From Neptunomonas sp. (lineage in GTDB: Bacteria; Pseudomonadota; Gammaproteobacteria; Pseudomonadales; Balneatricaceae): a DNA stretch of 64,000 nt. The notes beneath the pieces were generated by a model that was given only the letters and a program-made list of their open reading frames with translations, had not been told where the DNA came from and searched no databases. The position numbers were made by a program, and so were the translations under genes. Each line of letters opens with the position of its first letter. Within the stretch, counting starts at the first letter, position 1. Below are positions 27,956-38,306 of the stretch, piece by piece. The stretch is from contig NZ_JADGEV010000013.1 of NCBI RefSeq assembly GCF_016744175.1, positions 25,077 to 89,076 on the forward strand, written 5' to 3'.

Positions 27956-29602
27956 ATGAAGAAGCAAAATCTTGTTAAGCGACCTGCCTTATGGTTGACC
28001 GCTACTTCATTAACGTTAGCAGTTGGGTGGGCTAATGCTGCAGCAGCTCAGCCAGCAACACCATCCTTAAGTGAAGCTGACTTTGAACAAGCAAAAACAA
28101 TGTACTTTCAGCGCTGCGCTGGCTGTCATGGTGTTTTACGTAAAGGTGCTACAGGTAAAAACCTAGAGCCTAAAGAGACGTTAGAATTAGGTCAAAAGCG
28201 CCTTGAACAAATTATCGCTTACGGTACAGAAGGCGGTATGAATAACTTTGATGATATTTTCTCTAAGAAGGAAATATCTACGCTAGCTACTTACATTCAG
28301 ATGGAACCACCAGTGCCGCCAGAAATGTCTCTGGCAATGATGAAAAAGCACACTAAAGAATTCGTTTCACCTAAAGATTATCCTACCAAACCGATGCATG
28401 GTCGTAACTGGGAAAACTTCTTTGTAGTTATTGAGCGTGATGCAGGAACCGCTGCGATTATTGATGGCGATACTAAAGAAATAGTTGCTCACCTTGATAC
28501 AGGTTACGCAGTACATGTTATCAAAGGCACGGAGCATCATAAAACGGAGCATCCTAAAGATGCTGTAGGTCGTTTCTGGTATACGATTGGACGTGATGGC
28601 AAGGTTAACAAGATTGACTTGTGGCAAACACCGGACAAAATGCTAGTTGCAGAAACTAAGATGGCATATGACGCACGTGATATCGCTGTGTCAGGTGATG
28701 GTAAGTACGTTATCGCAGGTGGTTACTGGCCGCCGCATTTCGTCATCATGGATGCTGAAACACTTGACCCACTAAAAGTTGTTTCTTCACGTGGTATCAA
28801 TGTAGATGGTGAGTATGTAAATGAGGCGCGTGTCGCAGCAATTTACACTACACCTAACGAACCTACATTCCTTGTTGCTGTTAAAGAACTTGGCCAGATG
28901 TGGCAGGTTGATTACACTGACTTAGATAATTTGCGTATAGAGCAAATTAATTCTGCTAAGTTCTTGCATGATGGTTTCTTTGACCCTACTGGTCGTTACT
29001 TCCAGATCGCAGCAAATGCATCAAACAAAATGGTTGTTGTTGATACCAAAGAACGTAAGCTCGAGAAGATGATTGATGTTGCTAAATTGCCGCATCCTGG
29101 GCCTGGCGCTAACTGGATTGACAAAGAGTGTGGTCCTGTCGGTGGCACAACTCACTTAGGTGAAGGTTCTGTTTCTGTTTGGGGTAATGACCCTATGGGT
29201 CACCCAGATCAAGCTTGGAAACTTTGTTATGAAGTTGAAACAGATGGTGCTGGTGTCTTTATTCGTACGCATGAAACATCTCAGTATGTTTGGGCAGATC
29301 AGTTGAAACACCCAGAACCAGAAATTCAGCAGAGTGTTCAAGTATTTGATAAAGACACTCGTGAAATTGTTAAAACAATCCGTGTAACCGAAGAAGAAGG
29401 TAAAGCTGCGCTTCACATGGAATTTAACAAAGATGGTACTGAGGTTTGGGTTTCTGTATGGAACCGTAAAGATGCTAAAAACCCAACAGGTGAGATCGTA
29501 GTTTACGATGCTAAAACTCTTGAAGAGAAAGCACGTATTAAAGGTCTAACAACACCGACTGGTAAATTTAACGTCTTTAACCGTGTAAACCACAAAACTT
29601 AA
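27956..29602 (+). CDS. nirS: cytochrome cd1 nitrite reductase
   Basis: 548 aa with a signal peptide, the c-haem site CAGCHG and the d1 propeller. AGGAGA RBS. Confidence 0.96.
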   Translation: MKKQNLVKRPALWLTATSLTLAVGWANAAAAQPATPSLSEADFEQAKTMYFQRCAGCHGVLRKGATGKNLEPKETLELGQKRLEQIIAYGTEGGMNNFDDIFSKKEISTLATYIQMEPPVPPEMSLAMMKKHTKEFVSPKDYPTKPMHGRNWENFFVVIERDAGTAAIIDGDTKEIVAHLDTGYAVHVIKGTEHHKTEHPKDAVGRFWYTIGRDGKVNKIDLWQTPDKMLVAETKMAYDARDIAVSGDGKYVIAGGYWPPHFVIMDAETLDPLKVVSSRGINVDGEYVNEARVAAIYTTPNEPTFLVAVKELGQMWQVDYTDLDNLRIEQINSAKFLHDGFFDPTGRYFQIAANASNKMVVVDTKERKLEKMIDVAKLPHPGPGANWIDKECGPVGGTTHLGEGSVSVWGNDPMGHPDQAWKLCYEVETDGAGVFIRTHETSQYVWADQLKHPEPEIQQSVQVFDKDTREIVKTIRVTEEEGKAALHMEFNKDGTEVWVSVWNRKDAKNPTGEIVVYDAKTLEEKARIKGLTTPTGKFNVFNRVNHKT

Positions 29603-29617
29603 TACTGCTGTACGTGT

Positions 29618-29650
29618 AACAGGCATAGTTCGCTATGCCTGTTCTCGTTT
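29618..29650 (+). terminator. stem-loop after nirS (partial terminator or 3' stabiliser)
   Basis: Perfect 11-bp stem aacaggcatag/ctatgcctgtt capped by a ttcg tetraloop. The T tract that follows is weak (ctcgttt). Confidence 0.6.
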
Positions 29651-29704
29651 GTACGGAGTTAATAAGTTTAAAGCAGATTTTCCTGATCCCTTCGCATCAC
29701 ACAT

Positions 29705-31480
29705 ATGGTCACCCCTATGGAAATTAAAACAGGTTTTATGTCACGCCGGTTAATACTAGGCACATCTATAGCTAGTGCCATTGTGTTTTTTGTCGTGGGT
29801 ATCATTTTTTGGGGCGGTTTTAATACCGCAATGGAAGCAACGAATACAACCGAGTTCTGTATTAGTTGTCATGAAATGGAAGATAACGTTTATCAAGAAT
29901 ACTTACCGAGTATTCATTATTCGAACCGTACCGGGGTCAGGGCAGGTTGTCCGGACTGCCATGTTCCACGCCCGTGGATACATAAGGTGGTTCGTAAAGT
30001 ACAAGCATCGAATGAATTATTACATAAAGCACTGGGTACTATTAATACCCCTGAAAAATTTGAAGAGCATAGGTTAAGGCTCGCAACGAATGTCTGGAAT
30101 CAAATGAAAGATACAGATTCGCGGGAATGTCGAAATTGCCACGATTTTGAATCTATGAATCCTGAATTTCAGCGCCCTCGTGCACGTAAGCAGCATTTGA
30201 ATGCTTTTGAAAGCGGGCAAACGTGTATTGATTGCCACAAAGGTATTGCTCACAACAGTGTACGACACCTTCTAAGTGATGAGGATTTGGAAGCGTTAGA
30301 AGCGCCTAATCCAGATTTTATTCGTGAAGTTCCTCAAATGTATATTGACGGATTAGCCAAGGTTGAAGCAAAAGAGGCTGAAGAAGCCGCTGCAGCAAGT
30401 TTAGTAAAAATTGAAGCTAAAGCTGCTGAGAAAAAACGTATTGAAGCCGCCGTCGCATCGGCGTTGGCTAGTCAGTCTAATAACACGTCGGGTGATAGTG
30501 CAACAACACAGAGTGCTAGCTCGATTAATGTAGATTGGAGTAAGGCTTCTAGCCGAGATGTTACGTTATTTTACCCCGGTGAAGCGTCAATTGAGTGGGT
30601 AATGAATGGTCGTGACCATGGCGGAGCTCGTCCATTTTTAAAAGGCGGTGAGCGCTGTGTTACTTGCCATGACAAAGAAACAGCAGATATGGGAGCTAGA
30701 ATTGTTAGCGGAGAAGTCGCTGAGTCAGCTCCTATTCCTGGTAAGCGCGGTAGTATTCCGGTAACCGTAGAGTCAACTTACGATAATGAGTTTTTATACA
30801 TGCGCTTCAGTTGGCAGGATGCAGAACATGTACCAATGCCTTCTGTAGAAGGTGGAAAAATGGATCCTAAGAACTCAATGAAATTGGCGCTGATGTTTGC
30901 AACAGATGATGTTGAGTATGCAGGCCAAGCGGGTTGCTGGGGTTCGTGCCATCATGATGCTCGGTCAATGCCTGATACACCTGCGCAAGATGTGTTAACG
31001 GCCAGTGGTTTAGGTGAGCGTTTAGATTTAGCGGGTGGGGTGACTAAATATATTAAAGAGTCACGTACCAAGCTAGAAGTGAAAGGGCGCCGTGGTAAAC
31101 CAAGAGGTGGATGGGATAAGCTTAAATCAGATGAAGAGCTGGCTGCCGAAATGAGTGAAGGTCATTTTATGGACATTATTCGCTTAAAAGCTGGGGAAAA
31201 TGTGGTTGAGGATGGTGTTCTACTGGCTGATAGGAAAATGGCTGGTGGGCAGGGTGCTGAGTTTGATGCTTCGCTTAATGGCGGTTCATGGGTTGTTATT
31301 ATGAAACGTAAATTAAAATCTGATAAAGAAGGCGATATTAGTATGGCTGAAGAAAGCTTGTATAATATTGGCTTTGCGATTCATGATGACTATTCAAATG
31401 CTCGTTTTCATCATGTATCACTGGGATATAAATTAGGTTTTGGTAATGCAGAAGCCGAGTTTAATGCTACCAAGCAATAG
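29705..31480 (+). CDS. nirT: membrane-anchored NapC/NirT-type tetrahaem cytochrome c fused to a C-terminal periplasmic haem domain (NirB / EB_dh-like)
   Basis: One N-terminal TM helix, then C52ISCH, C82PDCH, C142RNCH and C174IDCH. An Ala/Glu/Lys-rich linker spans ~residues 205-265. The ~320-aa C-terminal domain carries C318VTCH and the atypical C411WGSCHH. Confidence 0.8.
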   Translation: MVTPMEIKTGFMSRRLILGTSIASAIVFFVVGIIFWGGFNTAMEATNTTEFCISCHEMEDNVYQEYLPSIHYSNRTGVRAGCPDCHVPRPWIHKVVRKVQASNELLHKALGTINTPEKFEEHRLRLATNVWNQMKDTDSRECRNCHDFESMNPEFQRPRARKQHLNAFESGQTCIDCHKGIAHNSVRHLLSDEDLEALEAPNPDFIREVPQMYIDGLAKVEAKEAEEAAAASLVKIEAKAAEKKRIEAAVASALASQSNNTSGDSATTQSASSINVDWSKASSRDVTLFYPGEASIEWVMNGRDHGGARPFLKGGERCVTCHDKETADMGARIVSGEVAESAPIPGKRGSIPVTVESTYDNEFLYMRFSWQDAEHVPMPSVEGGKMDPKNSMKLALMFATDDVEYAGQAGCWGSCHHDARSMPDTPAQDVLTASGLGERLDLAGGVTKYIKESRTKLEVKGRRGKPRGGWDKLKSDEELAAEMSEGHFMDIIRLKAGENVVEDGVLLADRKMAGGQGAEFDASLNGGSWVVIMKRKLKSDKEGDISMAEESLYNIGFAIHDDYSNARFHHVSLGYKLGFGNAEAEFNATKQ

Positions 31481-31526
31481 ACATTTTCGTTATTAATCAG
31501 CCAAGTATTGGCTCGTGCGAGTTGAG

Positions 31527-31566
31527 AAGGAACAGTGCCTGTAGGCTGCTGTTCCTTTTCTTGTTT
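31527..31566 (+). terminator. stem-loop plus T-rich tract between the nirT fusion gene and norE
   Basis: aaggaacag (31527-31535) pairs with ctgttcctt (31549-31557), followed by ttcttgttt. Confidence 0.6.
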
Positions 31567-31570
31567 AAAT

Positions 31571-32146
31571 ATGGACTCATGTAAAACGTATCCCTCCCCT
31601 GCATTACCAGGTGACTTGGCAATGTGGATTTTTATTATCGCCGAGCTTTCCGTCTTTGCTCTGTTGTTTTTGTTATTCAGTTATTTGCGTAGCAGCGACT
31701 CAATGACTTTTCTAGCCGGGCAGCAAACATTGCACCCGCAAGCGGGTTTAATTAATACATTAGCATTGCTGACCTCAAGTGCTTGTGTGGCTCAGGCTGT
31801 TCATATGGTGCGTCAGAACAAGTCCGGTGCATTTGGCTGGTTGCTGGTCAGTATTCCTGTAGGCTCTATTTATATTGTGGTAAAGATATGGGAATACCAA
31901 CAACTAGTACGACAGGGGTTTGATCTTGATAGTAATCACTTCTACACAGGCTACTTTCTGCTAACGGGGTTTCACTTACTTCATGTTGTATTGGGGATCG
32001 TGATATTGGGCTTTATGTCCGTTAGGTTGTGGCGTGGTAGTTATCTTCCAGCGCAGATGAGCGGATTAGAAAGTGGAGCTTGCTACTGGCATATGGTTGA
32101 CCTTGTCTGGGTTATTCTTTTCCCGCTGATTTATGTGATTCATTGA
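31571..32146 (+). CDS. norE: cytochrome c oxidase subunit III-like protein NorE/NirO
   Basis: 5-TM protein with the PGD..MW.FI..E...F start typical of the family, plus HL.H and YWH.VD motifs. ATG at 31571 was chosen because the ORF-track GTG (31535) lies inside the upstream hairpin. Confidence 0.8.
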   Translation: MDSCKTYPSPALPGDLAMWIFIIAELSVFALLFLLFSYLRSSDSMTFLAGQQTLHPQAGLINTLALLTSSACVAQAVHMVRQNKSGAFGWLLVSIPVGSIYIVVKIWEYQQLVRQGFDLDSNHFYTGYFLLTGFHLLHVVLGIVILGFMSVRLWRGSYLPAQMSGLESGACYWHMVDLVWVILFPLIYVIH

Positions 32147-32385
32147 TGAAACATCCTATTACTATTTGGCTGATTTTAATTTCCCTAACGTTAACCATGT
32201 TTATGCTGGGCGAGGTGCAGCCTAGTTCAGAAATCATCATGATCGTGTTGATTATCTCAGCAGTAAAGGGCTTGTTGATTGTTGCAGGATTCATGGAGTT
32301 GGCCGGTGTTAAGCACGTAGTCAAGCGGGGCTTGATGCTTTATTCACCTGTCGTCGTATTTCTTATCTCGTTGTTATTGTTATAG
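32143..32385 (+). CDS. small 3-TM membrane protein in the NirP/NorF position
   Basis: 80 aa and hydrophobic. ATGA overlap with norE. The assignment rests on position only. Confidence 0.5.
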   Translation: MMKHPITIWLILISLTLTMFMLGEVQPSSEIIMIVLIISAVKGLLIVAGFMELAGVKHVVKRGLMLYSPVVVFLISLLLL

Positions 32386-32414
32386 ATGATTTTGAAACTG
32401 CATTTGAAGGGGTT

Positions 32415-33062
32415 TTAGAGAGTAACGCTGGTTTGCTCTGGTGTATGAACATTGACAATATCCTTATAAAACCGGAAGGTGTTTCGTCCAACCGCCTTGC
32501 TTTCATAAAGTGCTAAGTCCGCATTAGATATCAATGTGTCTATATCTGTACCATCGTTTGGAATCATGGCTACGCCAATACTAGCACTAATTTGTACGCT
32601 GTTTCCTGATAGTGTCATGGTGTTACTTAACGAGCGTAGTATTTTTTCAAGTATGGCCTCTATGTCTGAGCGACTGCTAATATTTTTTAAGAGTACTGCA
32701 AATTCATCACCACCAATACGCGCTACAGTATCATCTTCACGTGTGGTTGCTTTTAAGTGTAAAGCGACATTGATGAGTAGCTCATCGCCTATTAAGTGCC
32801 CCATGCTGTCATTCACCTGCTTAAACCCGTCTAGATCTACATATAACAGTGCGTAAGATTCATTATCTTTTTCTGAAGATGTTATAGCTTGCTCTAATAG
32901 ATCGTTAAATAGCCGTCTGTTAATTAATTCTGTGAGTACGTCATGACTGGCAAGGTGTGCCATGTCATCAAAAGCAGTTTTCAATTTTGATATATCTTCC
33001 AGCACACAAATGATGTGAGTTGATACGTTTGTTTCAACGACCGGTGAAAGGTTTGCATGCAT
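32415..33062 (-). CDS. C-terminal fragment of a sensor diguanylate cyclase (last PAS strands plus GGDEF domain)
   Basis: GGDEF active site RIGGDEFAVLL with an RxxD I-site (REDD) 5 residues upstream. Its ATG directly follows the TGA of the upstream fragment, in the same frame. Confidence 0.8.
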   Translation of the reverse strand: MHANLSPVVETNVSTHIICVLEDISKLKTAFDDMAHLASHDVLTELINRRLFNDLLEQAITSSEKDNESYALLYVDLDGFKQVNDSMGHLIGDELLINVALHLKATTREDDTVARIGGDEFAVLLKNISSRSDIEAILEKILRSLSNTMTLSGNSVQISASIGVAMIPNDGTDIDTLISNADLALYESKAVGRNTFRFYKDIVNVHTPEQTSVTL

Positions 33063-34208
33063 TCAAATACTATGGCTATCAGATGATTTATATTCAAAAT
33101 CACCCTGCCATAAATTTTTATTTATGATGTGGTTATTAATGATGCGATAAAACTTATCATTAAATAAAGTTGGAATAAGGTTTGCAATGTTTTTGTCTTG
33201 GAATGATATATTAAAAAAATTGTCTGCTTGTAAATTGGTGTATTTTATAGTGCCTTCATGATCAAAAATAAGCACTATACTTTGGCTTTGGTCAATCGCT
33301 GTTGATAGAAATTCGATACTTTCCTTAGCATTTGCAAGACGTTTGGTGATTATGTTGGTTGATCTGATGATGATGAAAAGTACAAGGGTACAGCCTAATA
33401 AAAGAAATATCATGGGTCTTTTTGTTTTTGTTAGTACCTGATCACCGGGTTTTTTTGGAGACCAAGTAAGCTTTCCTATAGATTGATTTTTTCTATTCTT
33501 GATATCTATAAAAGCCTGTGAGCTATCAGCTTTTCCAGTTTGAGTAAATTGAAGCTCATCTAATTGAAATTGCTTTGATAATTTGGAAAGGAAGCTATTA
33601 TTTAGTTGTTTGCCATAAATTAGTACGGGAGCTGGGCTGGGAAGTTGGCTTCCATCTTCAGGTGTTAGAACGGAAGCGGCTAATAATATGGGCGTATTAT
33701 TAAAAATTGATATGCGAGAGGTGCCTTGTCGGGTTGGGGATGGTTCACGTGCTTTTTCGGCGAGCTCTTTTAGATCACTTACAAAGGTATGGTAAAAATT
33801 TTTATCGACTGTGACTCCGTTGCTTATAGCTACGATCGGTTTGTTTTTACCGTCTAAAACGATAACATTACTGATGTTGAAATTGTTAAGTAAGTACTTA
33901 CCCAGCTTATTATCTATCCATTTCTGATCATGGCGGTAATAGGTGTTCTGAATCAAATCATCCCAATAAGAATAATCAGAGACATTAGATTCTAATTGAA
34001 GTAGTTTTTCTTTCAAAATGTTGTTGGCTGATGATATGGAGTGTGAGCGAGCCTCATCATTGGCCTGATTTGTACTATGAAAAATCACTGCAATCATTGC
34101 AAAAAGTGTGACGGTTAATAAGAAAATAAGGGCTAACACAATAGCATGTACCGGATTGCTCTGGCTTTTTTCCTTAATGTTCTCGATTAACATTTGTTGC
34201 ATATCCAC
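33063..34208 (-). CDS. N-terminal fragment of the same sensor (TM, CHASE4-like periplasmic domain, TM, first part of PAS)
   Basis: Two TM helices flank a ~230-aa domain with a CHASE4-like pattern (YSYWDDLIQN...WIDNKLG...NVIVLDGKNKPI). The PAS beginning (IVLIFDHEGTIKYTN) is truncated by TGA at 33065-33063. Confidence 0.75.
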   Translation of the reverse strand: MDMQQMLIENIKEKSQSNPVHAIVLALIFLLTVTLFAMIAVIFHSTNQANDEARSHSISSANNILKEKLLQLESNVSDYSYWDDLIQNTYYRHDQKWIDNKLGKYLLNNFNISNVIVLDGKNKPIVAISNGVTVDKNFYHTFVSDLKELAEKAREPSPTRQGTSRISIFNNTPILLAASVLTPEDGSQLPSPAPVLIYGKQLNNSFLSKLSKQFQLDELQFTQTGKADSSQAFIDIKNRKNQSIGKLTWSPKKPGDQVLTKTKRPMIFLLLGCTLVLFIIIRSTNIITKRLANAKESIEFLSTAIDQSQSIVLIFDHEGTIKYTNLQADNFFNISFQDKNIANLIPTLFNDKFYRIINNHIINKNLWQGDFEYKSSDSHSI

Positions 34209-34313
34209 AAAAGTTCGTAAGTCAATTCCACCTTAAGCAAGTATGGTTTATGTCGCCGAAAAAAGACAGTAAGATATGAGTGGTTATTAGGTTTTTAGTT
34301 ACATGGTTTTTGG

Positions 34314-35252
34314 TTATTTTGGCGAATATGCGTTTGAGTGATTTGTCATTGTTACACCTAAAATAACCAGTACGCCCCCCAGTAACATGGATATCAGTAT
34401 TGGTTCTCCTAATAACAACATGGCTAGCAATACACCAAAAACAGGGACTAAGTTGGTAAATATCGCCGTTCTCGAAGGGCCAATTGCTTTAATTCCTTGG
34501 TAATACCAGACAAAACAAATAACAGTGCCAAATGCTCCCAAATAAATCACTGATCCGATAGATAACAAAGACAGTTGATTGAAGTCGGGTTCCGGTGGGA
34601 AGAGTAGTGTTGTGCCCATTAGCAGAAACAATCCCCATAACGTTGCATAAGTAGTTGCTGCAAGTGGACTGAGACCTTTGAGAGCATAACGACCAATGAT
34701 GGTATAAGTCGCCCAGCTGATAACAGCACACATCATATATATTTCTCCTTGGCCAAAGACATTAGATAAGTCGTGTGCTGCGGCTAGTAAGTTGCCACGA
34801 GTGATAATAATGGCTGCTCCAACGAAAGCCAGTATGATTCCTAGCCAACGGATCACTCCTAATCGTTCACCAAATAGCAGACCAAGCACTAAAGCGGTAA
34901 TAATCGGATTGAGCGAAACAAGCAATGCTGTTCGCCCTGCGGGCAAAGATGATAGGGCTTCAAAAAAGAACACGTTATATAAAAACACGCCACTAGCGCC
35001 AAGAAAGAAAGTAACCAATAATTGTTGTGTCGTTAACCTGGGAAGGCCTCCTTCTGTTTTGTAAACCCAGGCGATGAGTAGGACTGCGGCAACAATGAAT
35101 CTTGCAGTCGCTGCTGTAATGGGCGGTAGTGTTTCCATTAATGAATGCCCAGCAATAAATGTTCCTCCCCAGACAAAGGCCACAGTTGTTAGCTTTAAGT
35201 AAATTCTTATTAATGAGGGTGTTGTTAGCATTGCTGGGGAAGGTGTTGTCAT
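34314..35252 (-). CDS. EamA/DMT-superfamily transporter
   Basis: 312 aa with 10 TM helices and a duplicated EamA pattern. Confidence 0.85.
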   Translation of the reverse strand: MTTPSPAMLTTPSLIRIYLKLTTVAFVWGGTFIAGHSLMETLPPITAATARFIVAAVLLIAWVYKTEGGLPRLTTQQLLVTFFLGASGVFLYNVFFFEALSSLPAGRTALLVSLNPIITALVLGLLFGERLGVIRWLGIILAFVGAAIIITRGNLLAAAHDLSNVFGQGEIYMMCAVISWATYTIIGRYALKGLSPLAATTYATLWGLFLLMGTTLLFPPEPDFNQLSLLSIGSVIYLGAFGTVICFVWYYQGIKAIGPSRTAIFTNLVPVFGVLLAMLLLGEPILISMLLGGVLVILGVTMTNHSNAYSPK

Positions 35253-35326
35253 GGAAAAGAGCTCCGAGATGAAATAAGCTATATGATCTACCTCATGTTA
35301 ATTCATAGTAAAATGAGTAAATACTC

Positions 35327-36223
35327 ATGACTAATGGCCAGCTCGAAGTTTTTGTGATGGTTGCTGATCTGCGCAGTTTTACGGCGGCAGCGCTTTACCT
35401 TGGGATAAGCCAGTCAGCTGTATCGCACGCGATCCGCTCGCTTGAAAAAGAGCTAAACGTTCAGCTCTTTATACGTTTAAAAGCAGATGCAGAGGTCACC
35501 GAAATAGGTAGTCGCTTATTACTTCGAGCACGTGAAATGATTGGGCTTTGCGAAACAATTCGCCAAGAAGCTGCCGATGCGAATGGTTTGAATGCGGGAA
35601 CATTACGTATAGGTTCTTTTGGACCTAGTTCTTCTTTAAGGTTGCTGCCTACACTACTCAGTGAATATCGCCGACAATACCCAAATATTGAAATTCATAT
35701 CGATGAAGGGCCTGATCAGGATGTGAAGCAATGGATTCTGGATAGGCGTATTGATGTGGGTTTTGTTGTGTTGCCTGAAGAGCGTTTCGAAACGTATCTA
35801 CTTACTACCGATCAAATAATTGCATTGTTGCCATCAAGCCATCAGTTAGTGACACAAAACAGTGTTCGTCTAAACGAGCTATGTAGTGATCCATTTATTA
35901 TGACTGAGGCTGGTTCTGCGCAAATTGTAGCGTCTTTATTTCACGCGTCACATTTAACCCCCAATGTGCGCTTTCGTAGTGCTCAAGTGATGAGTACTCT
36001 AGCGTTGGTGGCTAGAGGAGAAGGCGTGTCTCTGTTGGCAGAACTTGCTTTACCTGTGGATGGACAACAAATGAGTGAAAAGAAATATGTTATGAAGCCT
36101 CTTGATCCGCCCGTATACCGGCAGATAGGCTTGGCTATTCATAGTGAAAAGAGGGCATCTCCTGCGACATTAGCATTTATTAAAACGGCTAAGAGCACAG
36201 GCTTAATTAAGTTGCTCTTATAG
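35327..36223 (+). CDS. LysR-family transcriptional regulator
   Basis: N-terminal HTH (FTAAALYLGISQSAVSHAIRSLEKELNVQLF). Divergent from the EamA gene. Confidence 0.9.
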   Translation: MTNGQLEVFVMVADLRSFTAAALYLGISQSAVSHAIRSLEKELNVQLFIRLKADAEVTEIGSRLLLRAREMIGLCETIRQEAADANGLNAGTLRIGSFGPSSSLRLLPTLLSEYRRQYPNIEIHIDEGPDQDVKQWILDRRIDVGFVVLPEERFETYLLTTDQIIALLPSSHQLVTQNSVRLNELCSDPFIMTEAGSAQIVASLFHASHLTPNVRFRSAQVMSTLALVARGEGVSLLAELALPVDGQQMSEKKYVMKPLDPPVYRQIGLAIHSEKRASPATLAFIKTAKSTGLIKLLL

Positions 36224-36304
36224 GTGAAACGTACGATTAACCATTGGATTCATGGGGTTATTGCCTTGTGTATTAAAATGTATTTTTAATATATTTTAAT
36301 GTAG

Positions 36305-36318
36305 TTGATATCGATCAA
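36305..36318 (+). promoter_or_regulatory. FNR/Dnr box of the norCB promoter
   Basis: Perfect TTGAT-ATCG-ATCAA. A -10 hexamer cataat at 36342-36347 puts the box centre near -41.5. The norC ATG is at 36407. Confidence 0.75.
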
Positions 36319-36406
36319 TTTTATACTGTGCACAAATATTTCATAATAGCGCTACCTGAATTTTAACTATGCAATCTGGTCCCTTCGCTGGGTTACGGAG
36401 CTTTTT

Positions 36407-38280
<1,874 letters not shown>

Positions 38281-38306
38281 TAAACATCTAGAGTGTAAGC
38301 TCTCTC

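Noticed and set aside
31535-31570. The longer ORF-track start (GTG 31535) for the NorE-like protein, giving the N-terminus MPVGCCSFSCLN.
   Set aside because: These codons lie inside the stem-loop and T tract that follow the nirT fusion gene. The family-typical N-terminus (PGD..MWIFI) is fully contained in the ORF starting at ATG 31571.
33063-33065. The in-frame TGA in the sensor diguanylate cyclase could be a selenocysteine or Trp recoding site.
   Set aside because: TGA is used as an ordinary stop elsewhere in the window (for example nirD, nirJ and norE ATGA overlaps). I see no convincing SECIS-type hairpin in the ~40 nt downstream. The position is a structural PAS strand with no redox role. 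Nonsense mutation, sequencing error or a split gene are better explanations.
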